Positions 52,001 through 63,872 of a stretch of DNA of 64,000 nt are shown in pieces. Made by a program: the position numbers and the translations under genes. Origin of the DNA: Azolla caroliniana. Taxonomy: Eukaryota; Plantae; Polypodiophyta. The notes below the pieces were generated by a model that ran no database searches, had not been told where the DNA came from, and worked only from the letters and a program-made list of their open reading frames with translations. The stretch spans positions 1,240,001 through 1,304,000 of the forward strand of contig JBHGNT010000014.1 of the NCBI GenBank assembly GCA_043228905.1, read 5' to 3'. Numbering within the stretch: the stretch's first letter is position 1; the number at the start of each line of letters is the position of its first letter.

Positions 52001-52632
52001 ACTCGTAGTTTTTTCAACTTCGGCTTTGAATGTTTGGAAGTGCCTGAACACTTCACTCTTCTGCTTCATCAGATAGATCTAGGTGTTCCTGGAGAAGTCG
52101 TCGATGAATGTGACATAGTATCGGCATCCGCCGAATGTTGCTATCTGGGCTGGTTCCCACATATTTGAATGTACGACATCTAGGATTCCTTTGCTCACAT
52201 TCCGCTCTTTAGGGAATGGGTGACGACGTTGCTTTCCGAACTGACATACTTTGCATACGCCTGTAATCTCCTTCGCCGTAAAGTTCTGGAGTCCGATTAC
52301 GACTCCTTTCGATTGCATGTTCTGGAGCTTTTGGAGATTGATGTGGCCGATTCTCTTGTGCCACAGTTTCAAGTCGGTTTTGACTTTCTGGCCCTTTGCA
52401 AACATGGCCAACTTTACCTCGCTCGATTCGAGGATGAACATACGGCCTTCATGATGGCCGTGAGCTAGGACTTGATTTCCTTTTTCGATGAAGCACCCAT
52501 TGTTATTGAAGCGTACTTGCATTCCTTGTTCGACAATCTAGCCAACCGAGACCAGGTTTTTGTAATAGTGGGGACATGTAGCACGTTCTTGAGGTAGGTC
52601 TGTTTTCCGTCATTTCCGAATGGGACGTTCCC
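49078..52632 (-). mobile_element. Element H: 3' part of a Copia (INT, RT, RNase H, 3' LTR)
   Basis: LTR 49078-49384 plus PPT; RT 50170-51126 (ILYVDD), RNase H 49479-50105, integrase 51353-52522; degenerate. Confidence 0.9.
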
Positions 52633-52733
52633 GATATCCCCAAAATTTAGCACATGCATGTGCTTTCTCTTGTGTTTGGAGAAGTTGTTGAGTAACTTCC
52701 CATATATTCGTCTCTTTCTTTGAATAAGCCTTT

Positions 52734-54104
52734 TGTAGTTCAAATCGTTGCCGGCCACAACCGGTTGTATATGTGCGAAACAGAATACAGAAACTGATAA
52801 TGACAGATTTTAACGTGGAAACCCGAACTGGGAAAAAACCACGTGGAGTCCACAAACTCCGAAACAGAACACTATGAAAGAAAAGAAGAATACAATCAAA
52901 GATCTTAGAGGCAACGACCTCGAGATCCTGCTTCACCAACAGGCGGCTATGGAGCTCACTCTCTCAAACTTACACTCGTTTACACTCACGGTTACAGAGG
53001 CCACGACCTCGACAATAGTAACGTTACAATACTACACACTCACGTAACATGATTGCCCTAACTATATATATACCAATGTAACCTTTCAACTATTTACAAG
53101 TTTAGCCCTTCCGTGTTGGCTATCTCCACGATTTCCGGTTTCGGCCTCGACCGAGTTGCTCATCAACACAGTTCTTCTTACTTCCCATCCGGAGGGACCT
53201 TCTTCCTAACAAACTCCCCCTTCACTCCGGCATGGGATGTCTCACTAGTCCGATCCGCTTCCGACATGCATCCAGCTTGTCGGGTATCAGTACTTTGGTC
53301 ATCATATCTGACTCGTTCTCGGCCGTGTGGATCTTCGTTAGCACGAACTCTCGATCTTCTACTAGCTCCCGGATCTAGTGATACCTACGCTAGATGTGCT
53401 TCGTCCTGGAATGGTACGCTGCGTTCTTGGCAAGGTGGATGGCACTTTGACTATCGCAATAGAGACGGTATTCATCTTGTCGGATTTCGAGCTCTCCGAT
53501 GAAGTCCTTGATCCATAATATTTCCTTGCCGGCTTCAACAACCGCCATGTACTCCGCCTCCGTGGTTGACAACGCAACCGTCTTCTACAGCCTCGACTGC
53601 CACGAAACAGCTCCCCCTGCATATGTCATTACATACCCGGATGTAGACCGGTTAGTATCCACATCAGCCGACATATCCGAATCGGTAAAACCGTCAAGTT
53701 CAGGTTTACCGGAGCCGAATCAGAGACACATATTCGAAGTTCCCTTCAAGTACCGGAGTATTAATTTGACCGCGTTCTAGTGCTCCTTGCCGAGATTGCT
53801 CATAAACCGGCTCACCACTCCGATTGCGTATCCAATATCTGGTCGAGTACATACCATTGCGTACATTAAGCTCCCGACGGCAGAGGCATATGGAACCTTC
53901 ATCATATCCGCCTTCTCTGCTTTTGTCTTCGGGTTTTGTTTACTGGATAATCTGCAGTTTGCCGGGAGTGTCGATCCGACCGGCTTTGCTTCTAACATGT
54001 TGAACCGCTTAAGCACCTTTGTCACGTATTTCTCCTGTGACAACCACAATTGCTTCTTTGACAGGTCCCGGATGATGTGCATCCCCAGTCTCTGTCTTGC
54101 CGGG
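52734..54104 (-). mobile_element. Element G: 3' end of a Tnt1/Tork-like Copia
   Basis: LTR at about 52734-53211 and PPT at 53212-53223; VPYASAVGSLMYAMVCTRPDI, STTEAEY and YCDSQSAIHLAKN. Confidence 0.88.
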
Positions 54105-55500
54105 TGTTGAAGACAAGGCCGTCAATGCGGAAGATCAAGTAGCATTCGATTGGGATTGAGTACCTGCGTATGACAGTTTCTAAGATCGTGCACAGAGAGA
54201 GAGAGAGAGAGAGAGAGAGGAGGCACAAAAGACTCTTTCTATTCAATAGAAACAATAATACAACCCAACCTTACAAAAAGGTTACTAGGTCACTTTATAT
54301 AGTGACAAACTTAGGGCAACTACCATTTATGCTAATTACACAAATGGCCCAAACTTGAGCTATACAAAGGGATAGTGTGAATACGTCCATTATACACTTG
54401 TATTCGACACTCCCCCGTAATGGGCGTATACATGGGTTATCTAAGATTACAGGTATAAACCTAGGTTCTCGGACATATCAGTTTTGTTCGAGTCGGCAGG
54501 GTCCGAAGGCAGAAGGCCGGACTGGTCGGGTCGGAAGAGTTGAAGCCGATCATTAAGGAACTGATGTCGGTTGTCTGAAACCATCCTGCGCTGTGTCCGG
54601 CTCTAACCGGACTGGTTTGTCGTTACGCCCATCTGATGCCGAAGGGACCGAAAGCGGTGTCGTGAAGAAAACCGTCCATAGGCGGAATCGGCGCACCAAG
54701 GCGTGGGAACCGGTTCTTCACGCGCGCACGCTCCGAGTTGTACATAGAAACGAATTGAGAGGATAATCGGCAGGAACGGGCCCTAACTCAAGTGGAGACA
54801 AAGACCGCGCGAACAGTCTTTTCGGTCGCGCGCGCGAACTGTACGAGTCGGCGGCGTAACTACGCGGATCCGTGAAAAACGGAGCGGATCCCTGTCCAAA
54901 AGGGACAGGGAATAAAGCTGACACGACGGCCTGTTCGTCGACCTATATAAGGAGCGGGAAAGAGCTGTTGCAGGGACCTGGCGCGGAGAGGACGAAGTGC
55001 TGTCGGACCGTTTCTGGACGCTTCGCTCCCTCTGTTTCCTTCCTTCTGGAGCTCCAAAGCTTTCTGTGCAGGGTTCCGGGGAGGCTCGCGCTGTTTCGAG
55101 GAACGCCCGAGTGCTTCCGGCAGCACCTCCGACCTGCTACCCCCCCCCATTTCCCCGTTTGTGCGTCGAAGCGAACAGGCATCGGCATCTGTTCGCCGGC
55201 CTGTTCGGTTGCAACCAACCTGTGCCCCATCGGGGGTTGTAGTCGTGTTAGCCATTTTGTTAATACACATATTTAGTCATTCGCATCCGTCTGTGTCGGT
55301 GTCTGTTCGCGTTCTCCGTGCTGAAGGGCCGTGTCCCTGTGTATCCCCGGTCCTGCGTAGCCGGTTCTCTCTCTTTCTCCTCCCTCGCTTGCTCTTTGGT
55401 TCGAGACCCCCGCGGTCCCGCCTCTATTCCACACGCACTTGCGTAATATCTCGACATCTTTGGTGAACCCGACGTGAAAGAGGCGGCAGAAGAGCAGAAG

Positions 55501-57627
55501 ATGAGGGGGTCGGATCTCGCAGAGGCCATGGCTTCGGCCGTGGATCGGATCGTAAACGCGCGCGAGGGTACCGGTGCCCTCGACAGAGCTATTGAGGCGG
55601 TCGTCGGCACGATCGGCCGGTTCGATGGGAGGGATGCCACGAAGTATCTGGCGTCCTACGGTGCAGAAATGTTGATGCGGGACATTCCGGAAGAAAGGCG
55701 TCTTGCCGGTTTTCCCCGAGTGGCGATGCCGAGCATTCACGCGGAGGTGCTCGAGGTGCGGGCGGAGAGCCGTACCTGGGAGGAGTTCGAAGGTCGGCTC
55801 CTGGAGAAATACGGACTGGACGACGCGCTCCGGCTTTCGAAGCGAAGCTTCATGGAGTGGGTGGAGTCTCCCGGGAAAGGAAGGAATGCGTCGGCACTCC
55901 TCCGGGAGTTCGAGGAGAACTTCGCGCGCCTTTCGGCGCTTGACAGGATGGTCCTGGATACAAGCCGGGTCCTGCTGTTCGTCAAATCGGTTGACGAGAG
56001 GGATCGGAGTCACGTGGGCGCCCTGCTAGAAACCGAAGACGGGCTGACAGCCGACTGGGCGGCGGTCAAGAGAGCCTGCGGCCGTTTCGACAAACGGCGA
56101 GAATGGGAGGATGACAGAGCAACCGGTTCGGGCTCAGTCGCGGCGAGGAAACTCGAGCCGGCGCAGCCGGTGCGAAGGGAAGAGACTCGGGAGTGGCTGG
56201 AATCCGGTTCAGCTCCGACCGGCGTGATCAGAGGCTCGACTGGAGGAGCTGCGTTGGAGGAACTGACGAGGGCGATAAAAGACCTCCAAATCGCACAGGC
56301 CCGCAGAGAAGACGGAGGACCTGCTCGTGACCGACGGCCGGCGGCAGGGAACAGGTGCATGTGGTGCGACGGGGTCGGCCACATCCGAAAAGACTGCGGC
56401 GATTTCGCAGAGGCGCTGAGGAACCGGGTGGTGTACCTATGGGAAGGCCGGGTTCACGCCAACGACACGAGAAGGGCCCTAAACCGAAACGACGGGCGAG
56501 GCGGAATGAAGAGGTTGATGGAAGAGGCGGCGGCCCGACATGCGGAAACCGTCCACTACTCGGCGTCGGCCGGTATTCGAGTCGGGGGCGGCGAGGCCCG
56601 AAAGGAAAGCAAAGCCGGATTCTGGCCGACGATGCTGGGAGGCCTTGCCGGTGCAGGGCTTAAAAGGGAGGAATCGGACCGTGCGGAGAAACGGGTACGG
56701 GAGATGACCGGGTGGAGCGACCCGGTCGAGGAAAAGACGGGCTTCGTGGAAGCCGCTTGCCGGAACTACGAGGCTCTGGTAGAAGAGAAGCGGGTGGGGA
56801 AACCCGGGACGACCGGGCCCTCACAACGATACGAGACCCGGTCCGGGCCACGACGGGACGAAGCCGGCGGGGCCGGTACGCAAGATAAACCCCAGAAGGG
56901 CGGGTACCGTCTGGGGACGGAGATAGAAAGAACCACGGACTTACGAAAGGTCCTGGAGGAACGGATCCTCGACAGCAAGGTGGAGCTGTCGCTACGGGAG
57001 GTGCTTGGAATCGCCAAGAAGGAGTTCCACGACTCCATCGTGGACTTGGTGAAACGGAAGAGGCTGTCAACGGAGACAGAACCGGAAAGACCGGTGGAAG
57101 TGCGGACGACGCACCTAGACGACATGGCGCTGGGAGACGAGTGGGCGGAAAGCCACTATTCGAGACCGCACTGGGCCCGAGCGACCACGGAAACCCCGGT
57201 AAAGATCGGCGATGTCCAGGAACCGGTAGTAGCTTTGGTGGACCACGGATCGGAAATCAACCTGATGTCCATGGACTTCTATAAGAAGGGCAAATGGCCG
57301 ATCAACACCAAGCACGGGTGGAAGATAAGGGCGGCGACGCGCGCCACCGAGGAACTTCACGGGGCCTGCCCGAATGTACGGGTCAAGATCGGCGATGTCG
57401 AGATAGACCAGCACTTCTTCGTGCAGGAGTCGTCATCGCACCCCGTCATACTGGGAGAGCCGTACATCACGGCGGCTCGAATGGAGACCAAGGTGCTGGA
57501 CAACGGTTCGGCCTATGCGCGGGTCAAGAGCCAGGACGGGCGCCATTCGGTCCAGTTTTTGACGGTTAGGCCGAACCACGAGCGTAACCGCGACTCCCTC
57601 GGTTCCGATAACCGAGAGGATTTTTAG
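55501..57627 (+). CDS. gag: Gag-protease polyprotein of element J
   Basis: Zinc knuckle CMWCDGVGHIRKDC and aspartic protease ALVDHGSEINLM; the frame is open from 55474, first ATG at 55501. Confidence 0.9.
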   Translation: MRGSDLAEAMASAVDRIVNAREGTGALDRAIEAVVGTIGRFDGRDATKYLASYGAEMLMRDIPEERRLAGFPRVAMPSIHAEVLEVRAESRTWEEFEGRLLEKYGLDDALRLSKRSFMEWVESPGKGRNASALLREFEENFARLSALDRMVLDTSRVLLFVKSVDERDRSHVGALLETEDGLTADWAAVKRACGRFDKRREWEDDRATGSGSVAARKLEPAQPVRREETREWLESGSAPTGVIRGSTGGAALEELTRAIKDLQIAQARREDGGPARDRRPAAGNRCMWCDGVGHIRKDCGDFAEALRNRVVYLWEGRVHANDTRRALNRNDGRGGMKRLMEEAAARHAETVHYSASAGIRVGGGEARKESKAGFWPTMLGGLAGAGLKREESDRAEKRVREMTGWSDPVEEKTGFVEAACRNYEALVEEKRVGKPGTTGPSQRYETRSGPRRDEAGGAGTQDKPQKGGYRLGTEIERTTDLRKVLEERILDSKVELSLREVLGIAKKEFHDSIVDLVKRKRLSTETEPERPVEVRTTHLDDMALGDEWAESHYSRPHWARATTETPVKIGDVQEPVVALVDHGSEINLMSMDFYKKGKWPINTKHGWKIRAATRATEELHGACPNVRVKIGDVEIDQHFFVQESSSHPVILGEPYITAARMETKVLDNGSAYARVKSQDGRHSVQFLTVRPNHERNRDSLGSDNREDF

Positions 57628-60600
57628 AGAGGGCTGCCAAGGCGTGGGGCCGCGACAGTCCGGACACCCCGGGAAAACCCCACACCTGTACGATAAAACC
57701 GAAGAAACCTTGTACCATAGGTAGGGAATTTTTGTTCTCCGACAGCGGAGCGTGTACGATAGTCGGCATCGGCGGCCGAGAGAAGACAAAGGCGGAGGGG
57801 AGACTTCGAGCGTGCGGAGTTCTCGGCCCTGACGAGGAAATCAACGGAGCCGTGGAGGCGGTCTCATTCGACGACACCTTGGGAATGCTGGGAAAGGTAG
57901 TCGAAGAAGGCCTTAACGAAGACCGGACGATACCGGTGTGTTCCGAGGAGATGTACGAAGTCATCGCGGACTTCGGTCGAGGGCTCGGGTCAGTTCGGAC
58001 GGCCCACGTAAGCACCAAGTACAAGACTGTGGACCGGAAGGTAAGGCCAGTCGCGGCACCCTTACCGGAGGACAGCGCGTCGAGAATCAAAGGGGTTGCA
58101 TCGGACCCTAGTCTACGAGATCCGGCCTGCATAGGGCACACCTTCACCGACGAGACGCTCCGAGAGCTCAAAATCGGTGGGGGCGGGTTCCTACTGCCGG
58201 CGGAGGAAGACCGGTTTCGGAGAATGCTCGGAAGGCACGGGAAAGCCTTCGCATTCTCGCCGGAGGAAATCGGGTGCGTTGACCCGACGATCGTGGAGCC
58301 GATGGTGATATTCACGGTACCGCATGTACCATGGAATCTCAAGCCAATCCCGGTTCCGAGAGCTCACATCCCGAAGTTGATGGAGCTGCTGAGGCAGAAA
58401 GTTGATATGGGAATTCTCGAGCCGTCGAGCGCCCCATATTCGAATCGATGGTTTACCGTACCGAAGAAAAACGGTTCGTTGCGCTTCATCCAGGACCTGC
58501 AGCCGGTCAATCGAGTGACCATTCGGAACGCAGGGATCGGGCCGACCATAGACGAGTTCGCGGAGGCCTTCGCCGGAAGGTCAATTTACTCGGTCGGGGA
58601 TCTATACTCAGGGTACGACCAGTTCCAGCTTGCCGTGGAGAGCAGAGACATTACGACGATGCGAACTCCCCTCGGCCTAGTTCGGATGTGTACACTGCCG
58701 CAAGGAGGGACCAACTCGGTGGCCCACATGGTGAATGCGATGAACAAGGTTCTGAGGGACTGCATCCCGGACATCACCATGCCATTTCTGGACGACATCC
58801 CGATCAAGGGATGCCCGGTGGAAGAAAAGGACGAGACGATCGGGTCGGACGGATGCCGGCGATTCGTGGCGACGCACATCGACGACTGCGAGAAGGTACT
58901 GCAAAGGCTAGAGGATGCGAGACTCACCTTCTCCGGGGAGAAGTCGGCCTTCGGGCAGTCAGAGATCATGGTGGTCGGACACCTGTGCGGACCATATGGC
59001 CGGAAACCGTCTCCGGCAAAGGTAGAAGCCATCTCCGCGATGAAGCCCGACTGCAGCTCGGTCACGGAAGTACGGAGATTCCTGGGGGCATGCGCGTTCT
59101 ATCACATATGGATCCCGCATTACGCACACGTCGCGGAGCCACTGTACGGGTTGCTGAAAAAGGGGCGAAGGTTCGAATGGCTAGACAAGCACGCGGAATC
59201 GGTCCGGAAGCTGAAAGAGGCCCTTGCAGCGGCACCGGCACTCCGGAAGGCGGTTTACGGGAAGGGTACCCCGGTATTCATAACGGTGGATACCAGTCCG
59301 ACCGGGATCGGATGGGTCGTGAACCAGGAAGACGAGGACGGCAATCGGTTTCCGATCCGATTTGGCGCGAAAGTCCTCAGTGAACGGCAGCGAGGGTACG
59401 CCCAGGTTAAACGCGAACTCTGGGGTATTGTTTCGGCGGTTAAGGCCGACAAAGACTACCTGATAGGGACGGAAGTGATCATCGAGACGGATTGCCTGCC
59501 GATTCTCGGTATGGTTTCCGGATGCGCGACTCCGGACCTGGCGATGCTCAGGTGGATAGCGTACATCAAGTCCCTGGACCCGGAAATACGACACATTTCC
59601 GGGAAAGACAACGCCATGGCCGACATGCTTTCGAGGGCGAGGTTCGACGACGAGGGCGGCATGGTTTCGGAAGACGAAGAAGTCGGCGTGGATTTCTTCG
59701 AGGCGGCATACATAACGACCGACGGGATGAGCACTCCGGCGCTTAACGAGTTCGACGCGAGCAAGTACGACGGGGAATGGCTGCAGATCGGCGGGTTTTT
59801 GAAGACGATGACGCCCGATGCGTCATGGACGAAGGACGAGGCCAACCGGATCCGGAAGAAAGCATATCGATTCTTTCTCCGAGATGGGCATCTATGGAAG
59901 CACCCGAAGAAGAGGGACGGCGTCCCGCTCCGAGTGGTGGCGATGAAGGAAGAACAGGAGGAGCTACTGGCGGCCTACCACGACAGCCCTTGGGCTGGAC
60001 ACCGTGGAACGTGGGCGACGTTTGAGAAGCTGAAGGGAAAGTACTGGTGGCCGGGATTGTACCGGGACGTGCATCGGTTCGTGTCAACTTGCGAGAGTTG
60101 TCAGATGCACTCGATAGTCCGACACCGGGACGGGCTTCACCCTACGTACCCTCCGACTATCCACTTCAAATGGATGGTAGATCTGGTGACGATGCCGATG
60201 GGGGTAGGACAGATGCGGTATCTGGTCCTAGCGCGGGAAGACCTGACGAACCAGGTGGAAGGCCGAGCCCTTCAGAACAAGACGACCGCGGCCGTGTGTC
60301 GGTTCCTAGTCGAGGACGTGATATGCCGGTACGGGTGCGTCGGGAAGATCGTGGCTGACCGAGGGGAGTTGGACGCCGAAGAGGCCGCGGAGCTGTTCGA
60401 CCGGCTTGGAGTCAAGCTCTCGCTCACCACTGCGTACAATCCGGAGGCGAATGGAAAGGTGGAGCGCGGACACGGACCGATCGTCAAGGCGTTGATTCGG
60501 GCATGCGGAGGTCAAGTCGGTAACTGGCCGCGGCTGCTACCTTATGCTTTGTGGGCAGACCGGACCACGCACAGTTCGGTAACCGGGTACATGCCGACGG

Positions 60601-61115
60601 AGCTCATGTTCGGCCAGAAGCCGATCATGCCGATTGAACGGACGATCTCCTCGTGGGCAACGGTCGACTGGAGGGACGAGATGAGCCGGGAGGAGTTGTT
60701 GGTCGCACGTATACGACAGCTCGAGCGGAGGCCGGAGGATGTGGCACTGGCTACGGAGAAGCTCCGGGTGGCGAGGACAAAGAACAAAGCCCGGTTCGAC
60801 CGAACGCACCGGCTACGACCGAAGAAAATCGAAGAAGGTGACTGGGTGCTCGTCTACGACAGCAGCCTCGACAACCAGCACCGAGCCGCACGGAAGTTCG
60901 CACGAAGGTGGTTCGGGCCTTACGTGGTACGGAGCGCCAATGACAACGGGACATATCACCTGGCGGAACTTGACGGCACGAGAATGGCGATACCGGTTGC
61001 GGGGAAGCGGATCAAAGCGTTCAAGAAGCGACACGACGACGAGCCAGACCCGGCTCTCCTGGTCGGCAGTGACGAACGATCCGAAAATGAAGAAGAACCG
61101 ACGGGCGAGGAATGA
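57612..61115 (+). CDS. pol: RT-RNase H-integrase of element J, in the -1 frame
   Basis: PFLDD, TVDTSPTGIG, HHCC (H...GHRG...CESC), integrase core, and a WFGPY (GPY/F) tail with no chromodomain. The frame is open from 57612. Confidence 0.93.
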   Translation, partial: PRGFLERAAKAWGRDSPDTPGKPHTCTIKPKKPCTIGREFLFSDSGACTIVGIGGREKTKAEGRLRACGVLGPDEEINGAVEAVSFDDTLGMLGKVVEEGLNEDRTIPVCSEEMYEVIADFGRGLGSVRTAHVSTKYKTVDRKVRPVAAPLPEDSASRIKGVASDPSLRDPACIGHTFTDETLRELKIGGGGFLLPAEEDRFRRMLGRHGKAFAFSPEEIGCVDPTIVEPMVIFTVPHVPWNLKPIPVPRAHIPKLMELLRQKVDMGILEPSSAPYSNRWFTVPKKNGSLRFIQDLQPVNRVTIRNAGIGPTIDEFAEAFAGRSIYSVGDLYSGYDQFQLAVESRDITTMRTPLGLVRMCTLPQGGTNSVAHMVNAMNKVLRDCIPDITMPFLDDIPIKGCPVEEKDETIGSDGCRRFVATHIDDCEKVLQRLEDARLTFSGEKSAFGQSEIMVVGHLCGPYGRKPSPAKVEAISAMKPDCSSVTEVRRFLGACAFYHIWIPHYAHVAEPLYGLLKKGRRFEWLDKHAESVRKLKEALAAAPALRKAVYGKGTPVFITVDTSPTGIGWVVNQEDEDGNRFPIRFGAKVLSERQRGYAQVKRELWGIVSAVKADKDYLIGTEVIIETDCLPILGMVSGCATPDLAMLRWIAYIKSLDPEIRHISGKDNAMADMLSRARFDDEGGMVSEDEEVGVDFFEAAYITTDGMSTPALNEFDASKYDGEWLQIGGFLKTMTPDASWTKDEANRIRKKAYRFFLRDGHLWKHPKKRDGVPLRVVAMKEEQEELLAAYHDSPWAGHRGTWATFEKLKGKYWWPGLYRDVHRFVSTCESCQMHSIVRHRDGLHPTYPPTIHFKWMVDLVTMPMGVGQMRYLVLAREDLTNQVEGRALQNKTTAAVCRFLVEDVICRYGCVGKIVADRGELDAEEAAELFDRLGVKLSLTTAYNPEANGKVERGHGPIVKALIRACGGQVGNWPRLLPYALWADRTTHSSVTGYMPTELMFGQKPIMPIERTISSWATVDWRDEMSREELLVARIRQLERRPEDVALATEKLRVARTKNKARFDRTHRLRPKKIEEGDWVLVYDSSLDNQHRAARKFARRWFGPYVVRSANDNGTYHLAELDGTRMAIPVAGKRIKAFKKRHDDEPDPALLVGSDERSENEEEPTGEE

Positions 61116-61985
61116 AGACGGGCCGGTTTTCTCCGTCCCAACTCTCTTGGCGCATACCGGAGGATGCGCGGTTAGGTGGGGGCGGATGTCGTGAAGAAAA
61201 CCGTCCATAGGCGGAATCGGCGCACCAAGGCGTGGGAACCGGTTCTTCACGCGCGCACGCTCCGAGTTGTACATAGAAACGAATTGAGAGGATAATCGGC
61301 AGGAACGGGCCCTAACTCAAGTGGAGACAAAGACCGCGCGAACAGTCTTTTCGGTCGCGCGCGCGAACTGTACAAGTCGGCGGCGTAACTACGCGGATCC
61401 GTGAAAAACGGAGCGGATCCCTGTCCAAAAGGGACAGGGAATAAAGCTGACACGACGGCCTGTTCGTCGACCTATATAAGGAGCGGGAAAGAGCTGTTGC
61501 AGGGACCTGGCGCGGAGAGGACGAAGTGCTGTCGGACCGTTTCTGGACGCTTCGCTCCCTCTGTTTCCTTCCTTCTGGAGCTCCAAAGCTTTCTGTGCAG
61601 GGTTCCGGGGAGGCTCGCGCTGTTTCGAGGAACGCCCGAGTGCTTCCGGCAGCACCTCCGACCTGCTACCCCCCCCCATTTCCCCGTTTGTGCGTCGAAG
61701 CGAACAGGCATCGGCATCTGTTCGCCGGCCTGTTCGGTTGCAACCAACCTGTGCCCCATCGGGGGTTGTAGTCGTGTTAGCCATTTTGTTAATACACATA
61801 TTTAGTCATTCGCATCCGTCTGTGTCGGTGTCTGTTCGCGTTCTCCGTGCTGAAGGGCCGTGTCCCTGTGTATCCCCGGTCCTGCGTAGCCGGTTCTCTC
61901 TCTTTCTCCTCCCTCGCTTGCTCTTTGGTTCGAGACCCCCGCGGTCCCGCCTCTATTCCACACGCACTTGCGTAATATCTCGACA

Positions 61986-63872
61986 GCGGTCTGCCGAAAG
62001 ACACTTGGTCATTCCATCTGCGACATTGTCGGTTGTGGATATTTTCTCTAGACCGATTTTCCCTGAAATGACGCAGTCTCGAACGAAGTGATATCGAACG
62101 TCGATATGTTTGGAGGCGTTGTGGTGAACCGGATTTTTTGACAAGGCAACAACACCTTGACTGTCGCTATAGACAACCGGGGCCGAGTCATGGTCGACTT
62201 GTCGAAACGTGTGCGCCAGCCGGCCGAGCCACAAAGCTTCTTTTGCAGTGTCGGACGCAGCTACATATTCTGCTTCGGTCGTTGAGGTCGCTGTGCACTC
62301 CTGAAGTTTCGACTTCCACGAAATTGCTCCATTGCCGAATTTGAAGCAATATCCAGTTGTTGATTTCCGACTGTCTATACAGCCGGCGAAGTCCGAGTCG
62401 GTGTAACCGACTACGCCTGAGGTTGAGTTCGGACCGAAAAGAATGCCGTGGTCTTTTGTGCCAGCCAGATATTTGAACACATGCTTGACTGCGTTCCAAT
62501 GCGATCGGCCAGGATTGTGCATAAATCTGCTAACGACTCCTACGGCATGAGAAATATCAGGCCGTGTCGTGACCATCAGGTACATAAGGGAGCCGACTGC
62601 CGGTGCATACGGTACCGACTTCATATCTTCCCCCTCCGGACCGGATGTCGGGCAGTCTCGCTGAGAGAGCCGAAGATTCATGGGGAGCGGGGTTGAAGCA
62701 GATTTGGCTGATTGCATGTTGAAGCGTTCCAAGACACGTCCGATATAGTCGGTCTGAGACAAAAAAAGATGTCGTTTATCGCGATGCCGACTAATCTTCA
62801 TGCCAAGTATGTGTCGTGCCGGACCGAGGTCCTTCATGGCAAACTTCAACCGCAATTGCCGAATGAGATCGGCAAGTTCGCCCGCGTGGCGTCCAGAAAT
62901 TAGCATGTCGTCCACGTAAATGATGAGGAAGATGGGTGATCCATCTTGAGCGGTGTTGGTAAAAAGACAATGGTCCTCATCGCTTTTGGAGAAGCCGATC
63001 GATTGGATGAAGTCGTCGAACTTCTTGTACCATTGTCGCGGTGCCTGTTTGAGGCCGTATAGACTCTTCCTGAGTCGGCAGACTAGATGTTCTTGGCCAG
63101 TTGCCACGAAGCCTTTTGGCTGCTCCATATAAATTTCCTCTTCAAGATCACCATGGAGGAAGGTTGTTTTGACATCTAGCTGAATCAGCTCCAAGTTGTC
63201 GGCTGCCACTACGCCGAGTAGAAAACGAAGGGTTGTCATTTTCACCACTGGTGAAAAAATCTCGTCGAAGTCGACGCCATATTCTTGTCGGAAGCCCTTC
63301 GCAACTAATCTGGCCTTGTACTTTGGGGTGGTCGAATCAGACGTCTCTTTTAGTCGATAAACCCACTTGCAAGGAAGAGCACGTCGATTCTTAGGTAATT
63401 CGACCAAATCCCAAGTCTTGTTTGCCCGAATGGAGTGCATTTCCGACTCCATCGCCAGATGCCAGGTGGCTGAATCGACAGATGTCGATGCTTCTTCGTA
63501 AGACGTCGGTTCGCCGGCGTCGGTGAAGAAAATTCCAGGAGAATACCTCTCCGGAGGTTGCGACAGTCTCTCGGATCGTCGAGGTATGATTGGACTGGTC
63601 GTATCGGGTATCGAGGTCGGATGGTCCGAAAGCGAGTTATTCTGCTGTGCCGAGTCAGAGTTGTCCGAGTCGGTAGTGTAAGGTTCAGCTACCCGTGAAG
63701 CTGACCGTGTGTTAGGAGCGGGGCCTTCTTGAAGGGTCGGCACATCGGAAAATGTTACCCTTCGGACTTCGATCGGTGTTTCGACTAATGGATTCATAGC
63801 CGACTCGTTGAACACAACGTCCGAACTTCGAATGATTTGCCTGCGTTCGGGGTCCCAGAGTCGGTATCCCAT
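61986..63872 (-). CDS. pol: Copia RT-RNase H of element I (partial)
   Basis: YKARLVAKGF, QLDVKTTFLHG, LYGLKQAPRQW, YVDD and KHIDVRYHFVR. Confidence 0.9.

Larger units (their letters stand above)
54658..61985 (+). mobile_element. Element J: intact, very young non-chromovirus Ty3/Gypsy
   Basis: 799-bp LTRs at 54658-55456 and 61187-61985 with one difference seen, 4-bp TSD GCGG, PBS tggtgaacccgacgtgaa (55461-55478), PPT aggtgggggcgga, and uninterrupted ORFs. Confidence 0.97.

Noticed and set aside
54718-61805. Many overlapping and antisense ORFs in element J
   Set aside because: Expected shadow ORFs of GC-rich coding DNA, with no recognisable motifs.
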